Positions 28,261 to 45,035 of a stretch of DNA of 45,035 nt are shown here, one piece after another. Location of the stretch: assembly GCA_033442325.1 (NCBI GenBank), contig JAWQFM010000020.1, positions 154,878 through 199,912 of the forward strand. Reading direction: 5' to 3'. The translations under genes were made by a program, and so were the position numbers. The stretch is from Salpingoeca rosetta. Taxonomy: Eukaryota > Protista > Choanoflagellata. A model generated the notes under the pieces. The model worked only from the letters and a program-made list of their open reading frames with translations, was not told the origin of the DNA and did not search any database. The first letter of the stretch is position 1. Every line of letters starts with the position of its first letter.

Positions 28261-28750
28261 AATGGACAAAGCCGTGACGTGAGATGTATGCAAAGACACA
28301 TCCAAACAAGCAAACAAGATGAATGATTCATGTCATGTATGTCATAGCATCGCAATGTACACACGATCAGACTGACGACAAGAACGTGAGTCAGTGTGTG
28401 TGGCGATGCCTCATCTATTCTTGTAACCCATTACAACACACCCACAGAAATGTTCCCCTCTCCTCGCTCTGCGCCCTTGCCACGGTTGTCTCACGGCCTG
28501 CACCCACACGCTCACGCGGGAACAACCGATACCACCACCAACAAACACCAGCTCGCATCTGCATGCGTGCAGACTCACCACAGTGTGCACGAGAAAGGAG
28601 AGCTCAAGGAAGTGTTGTTGTTTTGTTGTGTTCTCTCCTCCTCCTCCACAAACACAAAACAGAACAGACAGGCTGGCGTACAATATATGTTTCGCACAAG
28701 GTTATCTTTACTGGTGCGCACGAAATCACGCAAACGCACGATCCACCACA

Positions 28751-29964
28751 CTACAATCGCCTGGCCTTCTTTGGGCGGCAGCCATTGTGAGGAACCTGTT
28801 TGCAGTGTGACAAGTGTGTACGAGTGAGTGAGTGGGTGAGTGAGTGATTAAGTGTGTGAGTGAGTGGGTGAGTGAGTGATTAAGTGTGTGAGAGAGAGAG
28901 TGTGTGTGATTAAGTGTGTGTGTGTGAGTGTGACAAGTGTGAGCAACAGGGAGAGCAACAGAGCAATTGGGAGAGCAACAGAGTAACAGCGACAAGGCAT
29001 GTATCAAGCCGTACCGGGGTGACGTCTGCCACTTGGTCGATCATGAGCTTGCTCTCCACAAGCCCCTTGAGCGCATTCTAAGCACACAGGGTGGGCGATG
29101 GGCATGCGCGATCGAGAGGCAGCGCGGCACGGTGAGTGAGCGCACTTGATGGTGAAGAGACACAAGCAGCGAGGTTGCATGTGCATGTGCGTGTGTTTTC
29201 GTGTGCTTTCGTGTGTTGTCGTGTGTGCATACGGACACCTACACTCCCACACACACCCACACACATTCTCTCACACACCCACAAGCGCACGCACACACGC
29301 AAATGAACACCCCCCCCCCACACACACACAAATGCAAACAAATGTAAACAACCCACAACGCACTCACCACGCGACCAGGGCCAAGGCCTTTGACAAGAAC
29401 GCTAACAGTCATGACACCCTTGTTCACGGCAGCCTACACACATGCAACCAGAACCAAACAACAACGACAGCAGCAGCAGCAGCAGCAGCAAGGGTGGAAA
29501 CAATGAGGATGGTCACAATGGTGAGTGCTTGCCACGACGAGCATGCACATACAAAACGCACGCAAGCAATGCAATGTACGCACACGCATGCGCGCGTACT
29601 CACTCAATCACAACCACACATCCGCACGCAAATACACACATACGCAGCAATATACACACAAACACACGCAGCAATACACACACAAACACACATACGCACG
29701 CGCACGCACCTCTCCAGCTTGCTGGGCAACAACCCGCGCTGCATATGTGGTGCTCTTGCGCGCCCCCTTGAAGCCGCACATGCCCTGCATCGACACACAC
29801 CAACGGTGACGTGGAAATAGCGGTGAGGAGTTGCATGAAGCATCAGGCAGAATCTACATAAACCAAAAGCACACGCACTCACAAAGCGCAACACGCACGT
29901 ACCGCTGACTTGGTGACGATGGGATCGCCTGATGAAGAACAAACATGCACACGCACAGCGTTAG

Positions 29965-30017
<53 letters not shown>

Positions 30018-30850
30018 GCTGACCAACAACATAATTCAAACAAAAAGCCATGGCAAGCTCGTGCGCTGGACCGGAACCAAGATATTACGCCGAGATGCAT
30101 TGTATTGCATTGCATTGCGTGCGCGACTCACCGTCAAGTGTTGTGATGGTGACAATGGTGTTGTTGTGGGACACCTTGATCCTTGCCAGCGCACGCTCCA
30201 GCTTCGAGTCAAATACCGCTTGGCCTTTGCGCCTGTCAACGCGTGTTAGAAGGAACACAAGCAAGCCAGCACAACACAATCAGCACCACATCATCGATGG
30301 CTTGCGATATCACATATTGACGCGAAGCACGCAAACGCAAGTACAAGACAAGCACAAACGAACACACACACGCGCACAAGAAGAAGTACACACAATACAC
30401 AAGAACACACAAGAAGAAGCACACACAATACACAAGAACACACAAGAACAAACACAAGAACAAACACAGGAACGCAGCCTGTCCAGCTCACATGACACGT
30501 CGCACTGGGGCGTGTGAGGCAGCGTCTGCCAAGTTTGGGCCTTTGGCATCGGGCAGCATGGCGTCCAGGAAATCTGTGGAGAAGCTGCTGCTGCTGCTGC
30601 TTGTGTTGTTGGGCTTGTTGGTGTTGTCCTTGTTGCACTGTGTTGTGGCGCGACTCAGGCATGCCCTCTGCTGCATCTGCACACCAACTACTCCTCTCAA
30701 CGCTGTCCATGCGGCTGCACTAACTCGGTTGACCCCTGCGGCCGCCATCTTGACAGTGGTGGCCGATGGCTGCTGCTGCTGCTCCACAGCCAAGCACCCA
30801 CACCGCACCACAGCACCCACCACCCGCTTTGCCAGCACGTTCATCACCAT
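28751..30850 (-). CDS. MRPS11: Mitochondrial ribosomal protein S11 (uS11m) with N-terminal presequence-like extension
   Basis: Seven short exons give ARIKVSHNNTIVTITTLDG..SAGMCGFKGARKSTTYAA..VLVKGLGPGR..DVTP|VPHNGCRPKKARRL*, the bacterial/organellar uS11 signature. The N-terminus is Arg/Ala-rich. Confidence 0.92.
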
Positions 30851-30982
30851 CGTGGTTGTAGAGAAATGACGAATACCTCCATGCAATTTTCAGCAAGCCA
30901 GGCAAGGGCGAGCAAAGAAGCTTTGCTTGCTTCTTCTTGCTGACTTGCTGACTGACTTGCTTGCTTGCTATCCCAAGCAAGC
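30851..30982. promoter_or_regulatory. Probable compact bidirectional promoter (MRPS11 / TRIM37)
   Basis: Divergent ATGs 132 bp apart. Inferred from geometry. Confidence 0.45.
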
Positions 30983-38739
<7,757 letters not shown>

Positions 38740-39413
38740 CACAGGATGGCTTGCAAAAGATTGTGTGTGTGGGGGGGGGGGGCAAGTGCGTTACATGGGC
38801 ATCAACCATCAGAGACACGCGTATCGTTTGGAGAGAGAACAGTGAGGACGGCAGCGAAATGCGGCATAAGCCGACGAGCAGTGTGACAGACACGTTGAAT
38901 AGCTTGAAGGCGCATGTACGATTTTGGGGTTCCTTTGTCGTTTGTTGGACCTGAGCGATTTGTTCATTTGAGGAGTACGAATGCTGTTAACAGTAAACTA
39001 TGGCACATATTAGAGGCACCTGACGATGACGACACACATGCACGCAGAACACGAGTCATGCATGTGCCCAGCAGCATAACATACGACGGGCACCAGCCTT
39101 GGGCAGACACATACAAACAGCATGACATCAGCACGTTTGCAAGCTTGGTGAAGACGGTAAAGGTAACAGCCACAGGTAACATCACACATTAGCACAAACT
39201 GACAGACATGCAGACAGACACACAGACAGACACAGACACACGCACACACGAGGAGAGAGGAATAACGAGCAAGGCGGCGAAAACAATCGCGCGTGCTCAG
39301 GGCAGAGGGAAGAGTCGCCAGAAGAGAACAAGGGGGTAGACAAGATTCGAGAAGCACACGAAGACAAAACCACAATACGCAACCGTGCAGTACAATCGTA
39401 CAATGGTACAAGC

Positions 39414-39542
39414 CTACATGAACATCATCCGTTCCAAGTCTGAAACAGACATGTGTTCTGCAAACGCACACAGGAAGAAGAGAAGGCGGTGAGGGAGGTG
39501 GTTGCACGTGCCATTTCACACAGCAAAACAATAAGGGCGGTG

Positions 39543-39629
<87 letters not shown>

Positions 39630-40176
39630 GATTGGAGAGAGTGAGACGGCATACGAGGAGTGAAATGCGCACCTCGACTGGATTGAGAGGTGAGCTCTGT
39701 GGATGCAAACAACTCTGCCGCCAAACGCGCCGTTGCAGCACGCTCCTCCTCCTGTTTTTTCAATCCTGCAAGTGTGTGTGCGTGGATGTGTGTGCGCGTG
39801 CGTGCGTGTGTGAATGGCGAAAAAGGGAAAGTGGTTTGTGGTGAGCCAGGGTCGACACCAGAGCAAACACCCCGCGGTGCACGACAACGAGGTAACGTAC
39901 GTTGGCGCTGCACGTCCTCCTCAATCTCTTTTCGCGCCTTTGCAGTCTCCTCCTTGCACGCCTCCATCAGGCGATGCTCGTTGCCAACCGTCAGAGCCGT
40001 GTCAGACAAGTTGTTCTGCACACGCGACAAAACCACACATGCAAATGAAGACGTGATGAGCCAAAGCAAAGGGGACGCCGAGGGTGTGGCACTGTGTGTG
40101 TGTGTGTGTGTGTGTGCGTGTGTGTGCGTGCGTGCGTGTGTGTGTGTGTGTGTGTGCGTGCGTGTGTGCGTGTGTG

Positions 40177-40208
<32 letters not shown>

Positions 40209-40439
40209 CTCTCACCGCCGCAACGCGAAGAGCGGTTGCCTGGTACTCGCGGTGGAGGTTGTTGACGCGCGATTGCAGCATGTCCGCCGCACGCGTGTAA
40301 ATGTCCTCAGCTGCGGTGTTGCATTCAAGCACGCAAACAAGAGAGCCAAGAGCGCAACCAGGATGAGCAGTGTGCAAGGTGGGGGTGTTGGGTAAACACC
40401 TAAAATATGCCTCAACTTGGCTCTCTCGAACCGCTGATG

Positions 40440-40480
<41 letters not shown>

Positions 40481-40876
40481 ATACGCAAAGCGTACCTGTA
40501 TCTGTCTCTTCCTCTGCTGGCACTTCGAAGGAGAGCGCGTGATATGAAAGTAGCCTGAATTCAAAACCGGCCACGAGCAAGCCACGAGACAGTGCATTTG
40601 GTTAACACCCACAAAGGTCATGTAGACACCAGCACGTTTGTCGCAATCAGCAACACGTCAAGAATAGGTATGGCCACAATGCACTCGTCAACGAGGCAAG
40701 CTGCAGGGAATATGTGTGTGTGTATGTGTGTGATGACTGCCATTACGTCAACACCTTTTGAATGCGTCGGTCACAGTTGCAAACGGGGGCGGGTCTGATT
40801 CTTCAACGACGTGGTGATCAGAGAGCTTGGCGCGCTTTCGTCTACAGTCAACAGGAACAAGCAACGGCAGCAAACA

Positions 40877-40924
<48 letters not shown>

Positions 40925-42073
40925 AGGGATGGGCAGAAAACGTGTGTGTGTGTCAGGGATGGGCAGAAAACGTCATCAATCGATCAATGAGTCGGCCAAT
41001 CAAGCAATCCTCCAATGCGCACCTCTCGACCTCCTCCAACGTGCGCTTGAGCGGGTCTGGCTTAAACGTCTTCCTCCTCCAACGTGCACTTGAGCGGGTC
41101 TGGCTTAAACGTCTTCTCAAAGCTAAGCTTCGGCTTTGGCTCGGCCTTCTTGCGCCTTGCCGCCATCACCTGGTGGCAAAACACACACACACACACACAC
41201 ACGCACACACGTCAGCGCTCAGCATGCCCAAACACATGATGACACATCAACACGCCCACACGTGAACACATGAACACATCAACACGCATTCAGGCCTTCA
41301 CATGAACATGCATACACAACACACGGCACGTGTGTTAAACGTTACGTATGCAACACATACGAATGTACAGCAGCTGAGGCGCACCTTTGCTTCGTTGCGG
41401 GCGTGCTTCAGACGCTTCTTGATGTCTGCCTTGAACACGTCCATCGCAACAACAGTCGGCGTTGCTGAGATGCGTTGCCCTGCTGTCGACCGGCGGCCGC
41501 GGTTTGAAGAGCGCGATGTGGTCTTGGACCCGTAATTCACGTTCCTGTGGCGCACACGCAAAGCAAATGGGCAAATGGGCAAATGGGCAAATGGATGAGC
41601 CACAAGAAAACAATCACGGGCACGCAGAAATACACACAAACACACAAACACACAAACAAACAAACACACAAAGACACAAAGACACAACGCGAGCGTGTTG
41701 ATTTGTGACTGGGTGTTTTCAAAGGGCAGCCGGTCGTGGACAAACAAACTAACAACAAAACAACACGAAACAAGCTGCGCTGCCACGAAACAGCAAGCTC
41801 ATCGCTGCACCAAACCATGACGTACGCTGTGCTGCTGACTGCGCCGCCGCGACCACGAGATCCACGGCCCGTCGGCCTCTTCGCTGCAGCCACAGCAGCG
41901 GCTGCAGCCGCTGGTGGCGTTGGTGCTGCTGTTAGTGCCTGCTTCGGCTGCGCTGTCGCTGTTGACGGCGCTGTTGCAGACCGAATGGCACCGCCAAGCT
42001 GGTGGTCGCCATCGTTAACGAGCACGCGCAGGTGTGTGCATATGCGTGTTGAGTGGAAAACGCAAAGCGAGAA

Positions 42074-42108
<35 letters not shown>

Positions 42109-43471
42109 GTCCACATGAACATAGCACAAATCGCTGCCAACACCAGATACACCAAAGGCACGTCTCAAGCAGACAAAGACACAACATGCACACTCACACA
42201 ATACACACACCTGTGAGGCGCGGGAGAGGCTGGCCTGCAGCTGCGTGTAGCGCCGGGTAAGCTCGTTCAACTGACTCTCAACACCCGCAAGAGCAGTGCG
42301 CGCAACCTGTCATGCACGCACGCACACACACATACATGGGACAAAGCAACACAGCGACAGCATGAGACAGCGACAGCATGACAAAAACGAAAGGCAAAGG
42401 GCATGAGGCTGGCATTGGAAGAACGCGGCAATGGAGCACAGGCAACAACGGTAGACAACGCAAGCAGATGCATCACGGGAAGATAAAGGCATGTGCATGC
42501 ACAACGCGTGATATGCGGAACATCACATGTCGACACGGGTGGTGTGCTTACCGCTGCCTGCTGTGGGGTGCACGACGGGATTGAGCGCTGCAGGTGGCCC
42601 TTCTTCGCCGACAGAGTGGCAATAGCCGCTCGCAGCTGGGACAAGTGTGTCGCTGATGCAAGCAAATTCAAGCACACAAGCACACAAACCGCAGTAGCAC
42701 GAGGAAACAAAAAGGTGAGCAACCACAAGAGAAAATTGAACGCAACAAAACCCTGCGTGTAGACACGACACGCCACAACACGACACAACACAACACGACA
42801 CAACACAACACAACACAACACAACACAACACAACACATACACATACACATGCACATACACACACAAAGCACTCGATACGTGGCTTCTTCGCTCCATCGCG
42901 CACGTACATGCATCTGCTGTCTGAGGTGCCGTTGCACTACCGGCAGAAGCGGCCCGCTGCGAGCGAATGGCAACAGCAGCAGCGGCCGCCGCCGCCGCGG
43001 GATTGGATGCGATGGTTGACGGAGCAGAGGCGCGGCTGCTGCCAGACATCACGCCACTAGCAACGCGGCTGAGGTGCTGGTGTTGTGGCTGTTGGTGTTG
43101 CTGGTTTGCAGGGCGCGGTGCACCCGTGGCTGTCTGGCCTGGGGTGAAGCCCTGTCGTGCCGCAGCAGACAGGTGTGCAGGCTTGCGACCACCGGGCTGC
43201 TGGTGCTGCTGGTGCTGCTGGTGCTGTGACAGTGGGTGTTCGGTCTTTGCGCCACCCTGGGCAGCAGAGCGCTGCTGGTGCTGGGCGAGCGACGTGGACA
43301 GCGTGTGCTGGAGATACTTACGCAGCACACCAATGTCCCACCGCATGATGGTGCCCACAATGTTTGGCTGCTTCTTCAGCACGTAGCGCAGCGTCGCCGC
43401 CTCGGCCGACGGGAGCTGCACAACAACAGCCTTGTACCACGCTTCAAGCTCCTGTCGACGCTGCGGCGGTG

Positions 43472-43504
<33 letters not shown>

Positions 43505-43937
43505 CTTGCGTCGGCTGCGACTGCTGTTGCTGTCCTTGTGTTGCCTGTTGCTGCTGCTGCGCCAGTGCTGCTTGTGGCTGTTGCTGCTGTTGCTGCTGCT
43601 GTGACCTATGGCCCTGCTGTGCGTACTGCTGGTGCTGTCGTTGCTGTGCCACAGCGCCCGGCCCAACTGACGCGGGCGCAAATGATGTGGATGCCGACGA
43701 GGATGATGGCATTGCTTGTCGACCGTACGCCTGGCGCTGGAGCGGCGCCTGGTGCTGTCGCTGGCCCGCATAGTGGGGCCCAGTGCTGGCACCTGTCACG
43801 CCTGTGTTGCCATGCTGCCTCAACATGCCAGCTGCGGATGCTGCTGTTGTTTGTGGTTGTGGCTGTGGCTGCCGTGGTATCTGGCTTGCCTGCGACAGGG
43901 GCAGGGGTCGAAAGGACGGGTGGGAGGTGAACTTGGA

Positions 43938-43985
<48 letters not shown>

Positions 43986-44793
43986 GGGAGGGGATGTGTG
44001 TTGGCGCTGCGCAGCCTGCTGGTAAACAGAGGCGCTAGATGTGTTGATGGCGCCTTGTGCTGGTTGGTAACGGGGCACGTACGAGTGTGACATTGGCGGC
44101 TGTCCGCCTTGCCGCTGTTGCTGTGCCTGCTGCGTTTGTTGTACTTGCTGCTGGCGCTGCTGAAGAAGCTTGATGAGCTGCTGCTGTTGAGATGACGACA
44201 AGCTTGCAGCACCTGCGAGCGGGCGAATGGGAACAAGTACATGGCCACTTGGCGGGTGAGCACACCACAGCTGGAATACATGAACAAATGGGGGGGGGGC
44301 GCCAAAGGCCACGAGCAAGCAGGCAAACGAGCGAATAAGACGCGAGGGGCAAGGGACGCGAAGAACAATGCACTGTACAATGCATTGAACAAAACAGTCG
44401 AAGGAGGGAAACGTGTGAAAATGATCGCGTGTGTGGGTGCTCAGGGGAAGAACAGACATTGTCCCTCACTACCGTACCTTGCTGTGGCTGTGTCTGTGGC
44501 CAGCGCGAGGAGGCGGTGCCGAGCGAGGTTGGCGGTGCGCCGGAAGGGATTCGAAACTGCGGCTGCTGTGGCGTTTGCGATGTGGCTGGCGACGGGCGCC
44601 ATTGTTGTTGCTGCGGTTGGCTCATTGCGGCGTGTGTGCCGCCGTTGGAGCGGGTGCTTGGCTGGCTGGTGGCGGCGCTGCTGCTGCCGTTGTTGCTTGA
44701 GATGGCTGACGGTTTTGAGGGAAGACCATGGGTTGATGACATGCTTTGTGGGTGGGGTGGCGGGTGCTGCTGGGTTGGCGGCCTGCCATCCAT
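39414..44793 (-). CDS. Gln/Pro-rich protein with C-terminal GLTSCR1-like domain (BICRA/BICRAL-like, putative ncBAF subunit); start uncertain; one exon carries a 43-bp duplication
   Basis: 3' exons (41169-41023 or -41090, 40554-40496, ~40310-40216, ~40016-39901, ~39766-39673, 39439-39414) give ..[58 protein letters not shown]. This resembles the GLTSCR1 motif (EDALHRLLPYHV..QAMLNKYR..DRMFIQEE). N-terminal ~800 aa are low complexity. Start taken as MDGRPP at 44793; upstream exons are possible. Confidence 0.6.
40914..40973. repeat. 30-bp tandem duplication, intronic
   Basis: (gtgtgtgtgtcagggatgggcagaaaacgt)x2. Confidence 0.9.
41030..41115. repeat. 43-bp direct tandem duplication (1 mismatch) within a coding exon
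   Basis: 41030-41072 and 41073-41115: cctcctccaacgtgc(g/a)cttgagcgggtctggcttaaacgtctt. Confidence 0.95.
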
Positions 44794-45035
44794 CCCAGGC
44801 GGTTTCGGGTTGATGGTTGTTGGTCGAGTGGTGTGGCAAGGGCGGGTCGTTGGTGTTGCTCCGCACCGCGTCACCTGCGCACGCTCACCGAGCGCACAAG
44901 AACACCTGAACAAGACAAGGGATGTGACATGATTGGGGGGGGGGGGGTGGGGGTGGAGGAGAAGGCAAACACAGAGAGAAAGGGAGAGAGACAGAGAGAG
45001 AGAGAGACAGAGAGAGAGAGAGAATGTGTGTGTGT

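Noticed and set aside
41046-41089. A new short intron entirely inside the 43-bp duplication
   Set aside because: Downstream AGs in the second copy give 20-, 29-, 33- or 44-nt introns, none of which restores the frame.
41030-41115. Direct repeats as a CRISPR-like array or transposon target-site duplication
   Set aside because: There are only two adjacent copies, with no spacer, no cas genes and no element between them.

Overview
Intron-rich eukaryotic DNA, most likely a choanoflagellate such as Salpingoeca rosetta. This is an inference from the (CA)n/(TG)n-filled short introns, a PTB-domain non-RD tyrosine kinase and an 'Mbre-type' TPR protein. By manually joining GT-AG exons with matching phases I reconstruct ten protein-coding genes: MAPKAPK5-like kinase (-, runs off the left edge in poly-Q); an SRPBCC/START-fold protein (+); NDUFC2-like complex I subunit (-); a HET/TIR-like domain + TPR protein (+); a MOSPD2-like CRAL-TRIO/MSP/TM protein (-); an HMTK-like PTB-PTB-tyrosine kinase (-); a long-chain acyl-CoA synthetase (-); mitochondrial ribosomal protein S11 (-); TRIM37 (+); and a Q-rich GLTSCR1/BICRA-domain protein (-). 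The standout is the MOSPD2-like gene. It appears to continue past its transmembrane helix into a luminal/extracellular, bacterial-lichenase-like GH16 domain with a degenerate catalytic motif (EISLQ), making it a candidate beta-glucan-sensing contact-site/lipid-transfer protein. A second notable observation is a frameshifting 43-bp exonic duplication in the BICRA-like gene whose single mismatch creates an in-frame rescuing splice donor. All homology calls come from motif recognition by eye; no database searches were run. Most entries in the supplied ORF track are microsatellite artefacts.
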